DNA of 25,436 nt, taken from the NCBI GenBank assembly GCA_052386995.1, contig JBQTJP010000238.1, positions 1-25,436 of the forward strand, given 5' to 3'. Below the pieces are notes generated by a model. That model was not told where the DNA came from, ran no database searches, and worked only from the letters and a program-made list of their open reading frames with translations. The DNA comes from Armatimonadota bacterium. GTDB lineage: Bacteria > Sysuimicrobiota > Sysuimicrobiia > Sysuimicrobiales > Humicultoraceae. The position numbers were made by a program, and so were the translations under genes. Shown in pieces: positions 8,332 to 17,176 of this stretch. Each line of letters begins with the position of its first letter. Position 1 is the first letter of the stretch.

Positions 8332-11166
8332 TTACGACGCCGCCGTGCGCTCGTTCAGCGAGTCGAGCAGGGCGAGAAGCTTCTGGATGTCCAGCGGCTT
8401 GGTCAGGTAGTCGATCGCACCCGCGGCGAGGAGCCGGTTCATCGAGTCGGGCGCGCTCGTTGCACTGATCACCACGACCGGGATGTGAGCGGTCTCGGGT
8501 TGGTCTTTCAACTCGCGCAGGACGTCCTCTCCCGACATGTCGGCCAGGTCGAGATCCAGCAGAATCAGATGGGGCCGGTGATCGCGGGCCAGACTCAGCG
8601 CGAGCTTGCCGTGCATGGCCGGCAGGAGCCTGACTTCGGGCCGATCGGCGAGCAGGTACTGGACGAGCTTCAGGTTTGCCAGATTGTCTTCGGCGTAGAG
8701 CACCACCCTGGGTCTGATGGTTCCGTCCAAGTCGACCGCCGTCGGTGTCCCACCCAACCGCTTCAGCCGCTCCAACGGGCTTTCGACCATGGCGAAATCC
8801 ACCCAGAATGTGCTGCCCTTGTCCATCGTGCTCTCGACGCCGATCCTGCCGCCCATCGCTTCGACCAGGCGCTTGGACAGCGCGAGTCCGAGTCCCGTGC
8901 CTTCCACGCTTGCCTGCTCGGCGCTCAGACGCTCAAAGGGGGTGAAAAGCCTCTCGACACTGTCGCGCGCAATCCCGGGGCCGGTATCGCTGACGTTGAT
9001 TCTGAGCCGGCCATTGTTCTCCTGATAGCCGACGGTGACCTTGCCGCCTTTGTGGTTGTACTTCACCGCGTTGGCCAGCAGGTTCAAGAGCACCTGCTTG
9101 AGGCGCTGCCGATCTGCCTGGACGTGCCGGTCCCCGGCCACGTTCAGATTCCCCTCGATGCGGATCACGCCGTCGGCAGCCAGCGGCGTGATGAGCTTAA
9201 GGCTCTCCCCGACGACCTCCCGCACGGAGACCGGCTCGAGGGAGATTCGAAGGCGTCCCTCGTCGATCCGGGAGATGTCCAGCACCTCATTGATGAGCTC
9301 GAGCAGGTGCCGGCCGCCGTGCAGGATATGTTCGACGCTTTCACGCTGCGGCGGCGAGAGCTGATCCATCTCGAGGAGCTGGGCGAATCCCAGGATCGCG
9401 TTGAGGGGCGTGCGCAGCTCGTGGCTCATGCGTGAGAGGAACTCGCCCTTGGCTTTGTTGGCCTCCTCGGCCGCTTCCTTCGCGAGACGGATCTCGTTGG
9501 CGCGCTTGCGCTCCGTGAGGTCCGTGGTCACCGTGATGCTGCCCACGACTTTCCCATTGCGCAGGCGCGGGGCGCCCGTGGCGAGGACGAGGACATCGTG
9601 GCCATCGACGTGACGCAGGCGGACCTCCTGGGAGACCGTTTCTCCCTGGCTCCGTCGCTCACGGGATTCCAGAATGCTGGGATGGTCCTCCGGGGCCATG
9701 ACGTCGAACCCCGTCTTCCCGATCAGGCTCTCCGGGGTCCGGCCCACCAGGCGGGCGAACTCCTGGTTGACATATTCAAACCGAAAGTCGGGATCCGTGA
9801 CGACCAGGCCCTGGCCCATGGCGTTCATCACATGCAGCGCGAAGTCGCGCTGGACCTTCGCTTCCTCTTCGGCCCGTTTCCGCTCTTGTTCGGCGGCTGC
9901 GTTTTGGATGGCGACGGACAGGTATTCAGCAACTTCTGTCATGATGGCAATCTCGTGCTCGCTCCACGTGCGTGGCTCCGGCGCGCTGAAGAACAACACC
10001 CCCACCAGCCGGTCGGAATGTTTGAGGGGAACGTCGAGCTTGGCCCGGGTTCCGCCCGCCGCGATGACAGCGGCCAGGGGCGCAAGGCGGGAATCCCGCG
10101 CGACATCGTTGGCGATGATCGGCTCGCGCCGCTGGAGCGCGCTCAGGTACTCCGGCGCGATCGAGAGGTCGACCTTCACGCCGCGTAGTGCGGGCATGCC
10201 CTGGGGCTCAATCGATTGCACAACGGTCACGAGGCCCCGGTCGTCGATGGTTGAGTAGGCCGTGCGATAAGAAGAGAAGTGCGCTCGGAGCTCTCGGAGG
10301 GTCCGTTCGATGATCTGCTCGACCGACATCCCCGACGTGATGCCGGTTGCGATGCTGTTGATGAGCCCTAGCCGCACCTGATTCTTCATGAGGCTTTCTT
10401 CGGCGGCCGTGCGCTCGCTGATGTCCAGGGCCACACTGACGGTCCCGGTGATCGCGCCCTCCTGCTCGCGAATCGGCTCGACGTGCGCCTCGTATGTCCG
10501 GCTGTTCCACGTCATGCGATAGCTCGCGGGCTCACCCCGCAACGCCTTCTGGTGCGCGGCTATGGGAGGAAAGTCGGGGTCGTCCGTTTGGAAGTACTCC
10601 CTCAGCGTCATTCCCGCGACCTGGTTCGGCTGCAGGCCCTGAGCCCGAAGCCCGGCCCCCAGCGACGAGGTAAATCGCAGTCGGGTGTCGGTCGACCATA
10701 GGATGGCAGGCGCGCTTTCGACGGCGAGCCGCAGTCGCGTCTCCCGCTCGCGCAGGACGTCTTCGACCCGCTGCCTGTCGGCGAGCTGCCGGTCCACTTC
10801 CCGGTGCATGTCGCTCAGCCTGCCGACGACCACGCCGATGATGAACAGGGCCATTAGGGCGGGCCCCGCGTTGGTCGCGAGGCTTTTCCAGTCCGCGAAC
10901 ATGAACCCGGCGATATGGAGCAGGATGGTGTTCAGGATAAAGCCGACGACGACGCCGGCCATGCCGCCCCGAACGCCCCACAGCCATGCAACGGCGATCT
11001 GCGGGATGACCGAGAGGGCCGTGACCTCGTGATTGAGCCGCGGATAGAGTGGAAAGAACGCGAGCGTGTAAGCGCACAGGGCGCCCGATGCAAGCATGAA
11101 CCGTCCGCGGCGGGACCGGATCCGCGGCGGCGGGGTCCACTCAGGGCTGAACTCGATGGCGCTCAT
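8332..11166 (-). CDS. Membrane-bound hybrid sensor histidine kinase (TM-PAS-GAF-PAS-HisKA-HATPase-REC)
   Basis: SHELRTPLNAILGF H-box, NLLANAVKY, DTGPGI, GTGLGL; REC domain with ED, LLDLDL and TKP. Start uncertain; ATG 11166 chosen. Confidence 0.92.
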   Translation of the reverse strand: MSAIEFSPEWTPPPRIRSRRGRFMLASGALCAYTLAFFPLYPRLNHEVTALSVIPQIAVAWLWGVRGGMAGVVVGFILNTILLHIAGFMFADWKSLATNAGPALMALFIIGVVVGRLSDMHREVDRQLADRQRVEDVLRERETRLRLAVESAPAILWSTDTRLRFTSSLGAGLRAQGLQPNQVAGMTLREYFQTDDPDFPPIAAHQKALRGEPASYRMTWNSRTYEAHVEPIREQEGAITGTVSVALDISERTAAEESLMKNQVRLGLINSIATGITSGMSVEQIIERTLRELRAHFSSYRTAYSTIDDRGLVTVVQSIEPQGMPALRGVKVDLSIAPEYLSALQRREPIIANDVARDSRLAPLAAVIAAGGTRAKLDVPLKHSDRLVGVLFFSAPEPRTWSEHEIAIMTEVAEYLSVAIQNAAAEQERKRAEEEAKVQRDFALHVMNAMGQGLVVTDPDFRFEYVNQEFARLVGRTPESLIGKTGFDVMAPEDHPSILESRERRSQGETVSQEVRLRHVDGHDVLVLATGAPRLRNGKVVGSITVTTDLTERKRANEIRLAKEAAEEANKAKGEFLSRMSHELRTPLNAILGFAQLLEMDQLSPPQRESVEHILHGGRHLLELINEVLDISRIDEGRLRISLEPVSVREVVGESLKLITPLAADGVIRIEGNLNVAGDRHVQADRQRLKQVLLNLLANAVKYNHKGGKVTVGYQENNGRLRINVSDTGPGIARDSVERLFTPFERLSAEQASVEGTGLGLALSKRLVEAMGGRIGVESTMDKGSTFWVDFAMVESPLERLKRLGGTPTAVDLDGTIRPRVVLYAEDNLANLKLVQYLLADRPEVRLLPAMHGKLALSLARDHRPHLILLDLDLADMSGEDVLRELKDQPETAHIPVVVISATSAPDSMNRLLAAGAIDYLTKPLDIQKLLALLDSLNERTAAS

Positions 11167-11325
11167 AGAAAGGCCGATTTCCCCCCTTGGTAATGCCCTC
11201 CGCGAAGATCGCTTAGACGGTCTGGGAATCTCCAAATGCTCAACATCCCGACGGATGACAACCCCGGCCTGAGCCCCCTGGGAAATGGGCAAACAAGAGT
11301 AGCCCAATCTTTGGGGGTGTTTTCC

Positions 11326-12123
11326 ATGCGCGTATGGCGTCCAATCTCGATCGTGCTTGCCGCGACACTACTCCTCACCACGGGCATTCCGTCATCGACG
11401 TGGGCCGACAGCGATGACAAGACGAGAGTCCGAGGCGTCGTCGTCGCCCTCAACCCCGACGGATCGTTTCAGCTTCAAGAGTACGGAGACAAGGGCCGCT
11501 GGCACATTATCTTCCAGCGGGGCGCCGAGATTGACGACGACGATGATGATGACGACGACAAACGCCCGCCGCGTCTCAGGGTGGGCGACGTCGTCGAGGT
11601 CAAAGGACGCATACTGGGCGGACGGACCTTGCTGGTAAAGAAGGTCAAGATCCTGGCACGTTCGCGCAGCCCGTTGGTGGCCGCGCCCGCGCCGCAGGCC
11701 CAGCTGCCGGCGCCCCAGGCCCAGCCGCCCGCGCCCGGCAACCCATCGAACACACTCATGGCGATCATCAAGACCCTGGGCATCGGCGCCGCCGTAAAGA
11801 TATTTGCGCAGCCCCTGAACAGTTTCATCAACACCCTGCTGCAGAATCATGGAGCCGCGGTTCAGGCGCAGACCAAGGTCGTGCCGATCCTCAGCGTCGC
11901 CATCGGCATCAATACGCCCGGCAGCGCGTACGTGGGCGCCGCCCAGGTCTCGGGAACGGCGGCGGCCCTCGCGAAGGTCGAGGCCGTGGCGGTCATCGAG
12001 GCCGATTTTCAGCGGGAGTTTCGAGTCAAGGCGATGATTCCCGTCGATAACCTCCAGCCCTGGGTGGCGTTCAGGCGGGTTCCCGGGGTTGGTGTATCGG
12101 CGATCATTGATCTGAAGATCTAG
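11326..12123 (+). CDS. Exported two-domain protein: DUF5666-like beta domain, Pro/Ala/Gln linker and conserved uncharacterised C-terminal domain
   Basis: GGGGGTG RBS before ATG 11326; signal peptide; LRVGDVVEVKG motif; C-terminal TKVVPILSV...VGAAQVSG...VPGVGVSAIIDLKI. Confidence 0.75.
   Translation: MRVWRPISIVLAATLLLTTGIPSSTWADSDDKTRVRGVVVALNPDGSFQLQEYGDKGRWHIIFQRGAEIDDDDDDDDDKRPPRLRVGDVVEVKGRILGGRTLLVKKVKILARSRSPLVAAPAPQAQLPAPQAQPPAPGNPSNTLMAIIKTLGIGAAVKIFAQPLNSFINTLLQNHGAAVQAQTKVVPILSVAIGINTPGSAYVGAAQVSGTAAALAKVEAVAVIEADFQREFRVKAMIPVDNLQPWVAFRRVPGVGVSAIIDLKI
11533..11559 (+). repeat. GAC/GAT trinucleotide run encoding Asp9
   Basis: (GAC)3(GAT)3(GAC)3 in frame. Confidence 0.9.
11686..11736 (+). 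repeat. Degenerate 21-nt in-frame tandem repeat (PAPQAQL/PAPQAQP/PAP)
   Basis: cccgcgccgcaggcccagctg / ccggcgccccaggcccagccg / cccgcgccc. Confidence 0.8.
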
Positions 12124-12161
12124 ATTGTAAGCGCGGTCCTCCGGCCGCCCTTTCTCGGTTC

Positions 12162-12200
12162 AAGGTCACCCTGGGGGTTGTCTCCAGGGTGACGCCTTTT
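12162..12200 (+). terminator. Rho-independent terminator-like hairpin
   Basis: Stem GTCACCCTGGGGG / TCTCCAGGGTGAC with TTG loop, followed by GCCTTTT, about 40 nt after the stop at 12123. Confidence 0.7.
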
Positions 12201-12263
12201 GAATGCCGAACTCTCGCTCATGGAGACGCGACGATCGCCGGCCTCAGCCCGCGCCGCGGCATC

Positions 12264-12806
12264 GTGAAGCGGGTCACGGTGTTCTGCGGATCGAGCCCCG
12301 GCGCGCGGCCCGAGTATCTCGACGCGGCCAGTCACTTTGGCCGTGTCCTTGCCACTCGGAAGATCGGCCTTGTCTACGGCGGCTCGAGGGTGGGAACCAT
12401 GGGCGCGCTCGCCCGTGCGGCGCTCGACGCGCACGGTGAAGTCTTCGGCGTGATGCCGACTGTACTGATCGAGCGGGAGCTCGCGTTCGACGGCCTCTCC
12501 GATCTCCGGATCGTCGAGACGATCCACGATCGCAAGAGATTGATGCTCGAACTGGGGGACGCCGTCGTGGCGCTGCCGGGCGGGCTGGGCACGCTCGAGG
12601 AGTTCTTCGAGGTGGTCTCGTGGGCTCAACTTGGTCTCCACCGCAAGCCTGTCGGTCTGCTGAACGTCTGCGGCTACTACGATCGGTTGATGCAGTTCCT
12701 CGAACACGCGGTCGATGAGGGATTTCTCAAACCGGAGCACCACGGCGTGATCCTGGTGGACGATACGCCCGAAGGGCTGCTCGACAGTTTCCAGGGACTT
12801 CCGTAG
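12264..12806 (+). CDS. LOG family (TIGR00730-type) nucleotide 5'-monophosphate phosphoribohydrolase
   Basis: VTVFCGSS, LVYGGSRVGTMG, HDRK and PGGLGTLEE signature. Start set at GTG 12264 from the family-typical N-terminus. Confidence 0.92.
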   Translation: MKRVTVFCGSSPGARPEYLDAASHFGRVLATRKIGLVYGGSRVGTMGALARAALDAHGEVFGVMPTVLIERELAFDGLSDLRIVETIHDRKRLMLELGDAVVALPGGLGTLEEFFEVVSWAQLGLHRKPVGLLNVCGYYDRLMQFLEHAVDEGFLKPEHHGVILVDDTPEGLLDSFQGLP

Positions 12807-12823
12807 TCTCTCCACAACACTCC

Positions 12824-12880
12824 GCGAGCACGCCCGGCGGAGGTACGACGATCCGGTTCACGCTGCCGCTGGCGCGCTAG
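12824..12880 (+). pseudogene. C-terminal remnant of a histidine kinase (HATPase_c) gene
   Basis: Reads ASTPGGGTTIRFTLPLAR*, the typical S-x-PG-x-GTT-x-x-F-T-LP end of HATPase_c; no upstream kinase sequence is present. Confidence 0.65.
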
Positions 12881-12944
12881 ATACGCCCTCGCAGCAGCCA
12901 GACAGGGCTGGCTCGGCCAGGTGCCGAATCGGGATTGAACAAGA

Positions 12945-12950
12945 TATAAC
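12945..12950 (+). promoter_or_regulatory. Candidate -10 element (TATAAC) for the amidohydrolase gene
   Basis: AT-rich island ATTGAACAAGATATAACCTTT ending shortly before GTG 12967; no convincing -35. Confidence 0.35.
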
Positions 12951-12966
12951 CTTTCTTCACCCGCCG

Positions 12967-13980
12967 GTGTTGACCGTGACCATCGACATCCACAGCCACA
13001 TCTACCCACGACCGTACATCGAGCGGCTGAAGCGGCAGCAGGGGATTCCCCGCGTAGAAGAAGTGGGGGGGCGAGAGTTCTTCATCATCTTCGAGCCTGA
13101 GGAATCCGCCAGGACCAAAGGACGGCCGCCCGGTCGCCTCATGGATCGCAGCTACTATGAGGTCACGGCGAAGCTGGCCTCGATGGACGCCCACGAGATC
13201 GCCCACTCGGTGATTTCCCTTGGAAATCCCTGGTACGACTTTCTGCCCGCGGAGGAAGCGCCCGCGTTCGCGCGCGAGATCAATGATCTGCTGCTTGATC
13301 TCGTCCGGAGCCGGCCGGATCGGCTCTCGTGCTACGCTGCGCTGCCGTTCCCGGACCTGAGGGCCGCCCTCGCCGAGCTGGACCGCGTCGCGGCGGCCGG
13401 CGCGAAGGGCATCATCCTGTCGACCCGCCCCGGAGGCCTCCGTCTCGATGATCGCGCGCTATGGTCACTCTTCGAGCGGCTGGAGCGTCTCGGTCTTCCC
13501 GTGCTGCTCCACCCCCACTACACGATCGGGGCCGAAGATCTGGACGGCTACGATCACGCGCTGCCGCTCGTGTTTGGGTTTCCCTTCGAGACCACGATCG
13601 CGGTGGCCCGTCTTATCCTCTCCGGCGCGCTCGATGCCTTTCCCCGGCTCAGGCTGATCGCCGCTCATCTCGGAGGGACGATGCTCTACCTGGCCGGCCG
13701 CCTGGATACCTGGCACCGATCCGTCGGTGGGGCTGGCCTGCGGCAGCCGCCCAGTCGGTACCTCACCGGCCTGTTCTACGACGTGCTGGCCTACCACGCG
13801 CCGGCGATCGCCTGCGCTCTGCGACTCGTCGGGCCCGGGCGCCTGCTCTTTGGCTCCGATCACCCGTTCGGCATCGCCGATGTCGGCGCCGTCAGGACAT
13901 CGCTCAACGATCAGGGGCTCTCGCCCGTGGAATACGAGCGGATCGCCGGAGGTAATGCGCGGACCCTATTCGGAGTGTAG
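12967..13980 (+). CDS. Amidohydrolase_2 decarboxylase, uracil-5-carboxylate (iso-orotate) decarboxylase-like
   Basis: DIHSHIYP, PGR, SVISLGNPWYDFL, LHPHY, LPLVFGFPFETTIAVAR, AHLGGT..LAGR and FGSDHPF. Start could be 12967, 12970 or 12976. Confidence 0.85.
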   Translation: MLTVTIDIHSHIYPRPYIERLKRQQGIPRVEEVGGREFFIIFEPEESARTKGRPPGRLMDRSYYEVTAKLASMDAHEIAHSVISLGNPWYDFLPAEEAPAFAREINDLLLDLVRSRPDRLSCYAALPFPDLRAALAELDRVAAAGAKGIILSTRPGGLRLDDRALWSLFERLERLGLPVLLHPHYTIGAEDLDGYDHALPLVFGFPFETTIAVARLILSGALDAFPRLRLIAAHLGGTMLYLAGRLDTWHRSVGGAGLRQPPSRYLTGLFYDVLAYHAPAIACALRLVGPGRLLFGSDHPFGIADVGAVRTSLNDQGLSPVEYERIAGGNARTLFGV

Positions 13981-15291
13981 GCCCACGGCCGGACGGTCCA
14001 GGCGGCGCCTGCGACGCCACAGACCGAACAGCGCGGCTGGCCACGGCGCCAGCGGCACCAGCCACAGGCGCCACGCGCTGTCGTTGCGAACGCTCCGGAT
14101 TGTCCGCTCGCTCCCAGGCAGGTGCGCTCCATCGGCCCCGAGCAGGCGCACCGCCAGCGGGCTGGTGCCGGGGTCGGAGCGGAGTTCGTAGCCTTCGAAG
14201 TCCGGGTCCCGCGGCCGTTCGCCGGGTCCCGGGGGCCGGTACTCAACGACCTCATACCCCAGGGCCGAGCCCGCGGTCTGCTGCACGCGATAGGGCCGGC
14301 GGTCTACGCGGCGCAGTATGCTGCGTGACGACCGGATCTCCAGTTGACCGGGCGAGATCGCTCCTGCCGGGATCCAGATCCAGCGGTTCTCGCTGCCGGC
14401 CAGGCTCTGGGGATTGCCTCGGCGTGTCCAATACAGTTCGTTATACTCGCGAGCGAGGAACGGCTGGAGATAGAGCGTCACGCCCGGGCGCGTATAGAGC
14501 GCTTCTTCCCTCGCGTCGCTGCGCTCGGGAGTTGTCCAGCGGGCCTGGGGCACCACCGAGTAGCCGATCCCTTCCCGGCGAGCGGCAAAGACGATCAGGC
14601 TGCGCCGGCTCTCGGGCAGAATTTGACCGTCCTGAAGCCGAACGTGCACCTGATACTGCCCGGCCGGCAGGCGGACCAGGAAACCCTGGTTGACCGTCGT
14701 GCTATACTGGCGTAAAGGCTCGGGTGGGTTGGGCGGCGTGGGAAGAGACACCGGCTTGCCCCTGGCCCGGCTGGCGATGGCCTTCTCCAGAGCGATCGTG
14801 AAGTCGCTCTGCCGGCGGGCATGCTTCCAGACGGACTCGCGGAAGGCCGTGCGGGCAGCCTCGAAGGCGGCGTAACGCTGCTGCGCCTCGTCGTTCACAT
14901 ACAGGCGGACCTCGCCGCCATCCAGTCCTCGCGGATACTGGATGACGTAGCGCGTCCGGTTCAGCGTCTGGACTAACCGCCCGCTGCGCAGAACCTCCAG
15001 CCGGCCTGGGACATCCTCGTTGAGAGCATCCCAGTCGGCCCGGTACTCATTCGTGATGGGCCAGAAGTAAACCAGCGTGTGCCGGGCCGAGACCACGTTG
15101 GGCTCGTCGGCCAGCAAGTAGATCGTACCTATCGAGAGCGGATAGAAGACCCCGTCATAGCGGCCCGGCGCATAGGCGTTGACGCCGTAGACAAACTGGC
15201 GTTCCCGCGGCGGCGCTTGGGCGTGGACGCCAGCGATACCGGCGAACAGGAACCAGAGAACGACCAAGAAGATGATTGCCCTCGGCCTCAC
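13966..15291 (-). CDS. Uncharacterised exported protein with C-terminal membrane anchor (441 aa)
   Basis: GTG 15291 overlaps the upstream TGA (GTGA) with AGGGGAG RBS; signal peptide ending VHA; C-terminal hydrophobic segment followed by RRRRR. Confidence 0.8.
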   Translation of the reverse strand: MRPRAIIFLVVLWFLFAGIAGVHAQAPPRERQFVYGVNAYAPGRYDGVFYPLSIGTIYLLADEPNVVSARHTLVYFWPITNEYRADWDALNEDVPGRLEVLRSGRLVQTLNRTRYVIQYPRGLDGGEVRLYVNDEAQQRYAAFEAARTAFRESVWKHARRQSDFTIALEKAIASRARGKPVSLPTPPNPPEPLRQYSTTVNQGFLVRLPAGQYQVHVRLQDGQILPESRRSLIVFAARREGIGYSVVPQARWTTPERSDAREEALYTRPGVTLYLQPFLAREYNELYWTRRGNPQSLAGSENRWIWIPAGAISPGQLEIRSSRSILRRVDRRPYRVQQTAGSALGYEVVEYRPPGPGERPRDPDFEGYELRSDPGTSPLAVRLLGADGAHLPGSERTIRSVRNDSAWRLWLVPLAPWPAALFGLWRRRRRLDRPAVGLHSE

Positions 15292-17159
15292 CGGCGCACT
15301 CCCCTGCGCCCCAGGAGGACGGCGGCCGCGGCGAGCAGGGCGAGGGCCACGGTAACGGAAGCCGCGAACACGCCCCAATAGAGGAACCATTGCCCCTGCA
15401 GCGCGGCCTTCATCCCGCGGTCGAGATGCGTGGGAGGCCACAGAACTTCACCCACCCGGCTCAACAGAGTCAGCGCGTTCTTCAAGAACAGCAGCGGGTG
15501 ATAATAGCGCCCCTCCAGAGGCACCGAGGCCAGGTACGCATGCCCGAAGCCGACGGCGGCAAATCCGCCGGCCAGCGCCAGCAGCCCGACCACCGCCGTC
15601 CGCGCGCTGCGCGCCGTCGCGGAGAGCGCCAACCCGATGGCGATGGTGGCCGAGGCGCTAGCAGCTGACAGAAGGATCACCGGCACCAGCGCGGCCCCAA
15701 AGATGAAGCCGCTCAGCATGGCCAGGATCACGAATCCGGCGAGGAGCCCGGCGCTCAGGAGCCCGTACGCTGCCGCGTGCCCCAGGAATTCTCCCAGAAT
15801 ATAGGACGCGGTGTTCATCGGACCGTAGAACAGCACCTCCAGGGTCCCGCGGTCCCGTTCGCGGGCGACGGTGGTGGCCGCCGACAGCGCCAGGAACAGC
15901 GTCGCCACCTGCAGTCCGAGCAACAGGGGGAGATCAAAGGGGCCGGGATGGATCAGCAGGCCGCTCTGCGCCGAGAATTCGAGATGGTTGCGCGCCAGCA
16001 GTGCGCCGACCAGTAGAGCCAGAGACAGCACCGCGTATGGACTCGCCCCTAGCAGCAGCCCCCGCGTCTCCCGCCCCGTCACCGTCGTGGCTGCCCGGCG
16101 ATCGATCCCTGCAGCCGCCCCTGCCGCAAGCGGGAATCGGACGCCGACGCGGCGCGTCCACTCGGGTTTCCGAGGCGACTCCCACGCGTCCTGCGGAGGA
16201 TGCCCCGGCCCTTCTTCCACGCGCTTCCTCTCCGCGAGCGTCTCCACGTCCCCTTCGGTGATCGCCAGAAAGGCCGCTTCCAGGCCTTGCTCTTCCTCGG
16301 TCATCCCGACAATCAGACCACCCTGGGCGCTGATGGCTCGTGAGATCTCTGCGCGCGCATCGCTGGCGCCGTTCACCTCGACGACCAGACTGCGGCCGTA
16401 CCGGTGCACTGCCCGCACCGACGGCAGGTCGGCGACCGTGCTCTCGATCTCCGGCCGTGGTTCAGCCAGCTCGACGCGAAGGCGGACTTCGGGCCACAGC
16501 CAGCGCCGCAGGCCCGCCATGCTATCCTCGGCTACCAGGCGCCCTCGGTTGATAATCCCAACCCGGTGGGCGATGCGCTCCACCTCGGACAGGACGTGCG
16601 ATGAAAGCAGGATCGTCACGCCTCGGCGGTTCTCGGCCAGGAGCAGTTCTCGGATCTCCACCACGTTGTGAGGGTCCAGGCCGGACACCGGCTCGTCCAG
16701 GATGAGCACCTCGGGCTCGTGCAGCAGCGCGCGCGCCAGCGCCAGCTTCTGCTGCATTCCGCGGGAGAAGCCCTGAGCGAGGGTGTGGCGCCGCTCCCAC
16801 AGCCCGACTCGTTCCAGCACCGCTCCGATCCGGCGATCCTTGTTCGGCACCCGGTACAGACCGGCGAAGAAGGCCAGGTACTCGTGGGCAGTCAGGTCGG
16901 GGTACACGAACTGGTGCTCCCCTACGACACCGATGCGCCTCTTCAAGGCGAAGTAATCCCGGTGCAGCGGGCGGCCAAACACGCGAATCTCCCCGGCCGT
17001 CGGCTGGACGATGCCCAGGAGCATCAACAGCGTGGTGGTCTTTCCGGCCCCGTTAGGGCCCAGGAACCCGTAGATCTCTCCGGGCCGGACGTGCAGATCG
17101 AGCCCGGCCACGGCGTCGAAAGTGCCATACCGCTTCGTCAGGCCGACCGCGTGGATCAA
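15288..17159 (-). CDS. ABC-2 type transporter, fused ATP-binding domain and permease
   Basis: GPNGAGKTT, FSRGMQQK, ILDEP and SSH, then in the same frame an ABC-2 permease (ARERDRGTLEVLF, ~6 TM). Start uncertain (TTG 17159 or CTG 17180). Confidence 0.85.
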   Translation of the reverse strand: MIHAVGLTKRYGTFDAVAGLDLHVRPGEIYGFLGPNGAGKTTTLLMLLGIVQPTAGEIRVFGRPLHRDYFALKRRIGVVGEHQFVYPDLTAHEYLAFFAGLYRVPNKDRRIGAVLERVGLWERRHTLAQGFSRGMQQKLALARALLHEPEVLILDEPVSGLDPHNVVEIRELLLAENRRGVTILLSSHVLSEVERIAHRVGIINRGRLVAEDSMAGLRRWLWPEVRLRVELAEPRPEIESTVADLPSVRAVHRYGRSLVVEVNGASDARAEISRAISAQGGLIVGMTEEEQGLEAAFLAITEGDVETLAERKRVEEGPGHPPQDAWESPRKPEWTRRVGVRFPLAAGAAAGIDRRAATTVTGRETRGLLLGASPYAVLSLALLVGALLARNHLEFSAQSGLLIHPGPFDLPLLLGLQVATLFLALSAATTVARERDRGTLEVLFYGPMNTASYILGEFLGHAAAYGLLSAGLLAGFVILAMLSGFIFGAALVPVILLSAASASATIAIGLALSATARSARTAVVGLLALAGGFAAVGFGHAYLASVPLEGRYYHPLLFLKNALTLLSRVGEVLWPPTHLDRGMKAALQGQWFLYWGVFAASVTVALALLAAAAVLLGRRGVRR

Positions 17160-17176
17160 GGCCGGTTGAGCACCGC

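Noticed and set aside
8197..9435. 412-aa plus-strand ORF
   Set aside because: Antisense shadow of the kinase HATPase/REC region.
11280..11325. c-di-GMP-I riboswitch suggested by GGGCAAAC
   Set aside because: No GAAA-tetraloop stem or GACGCAAAGC junction follows.
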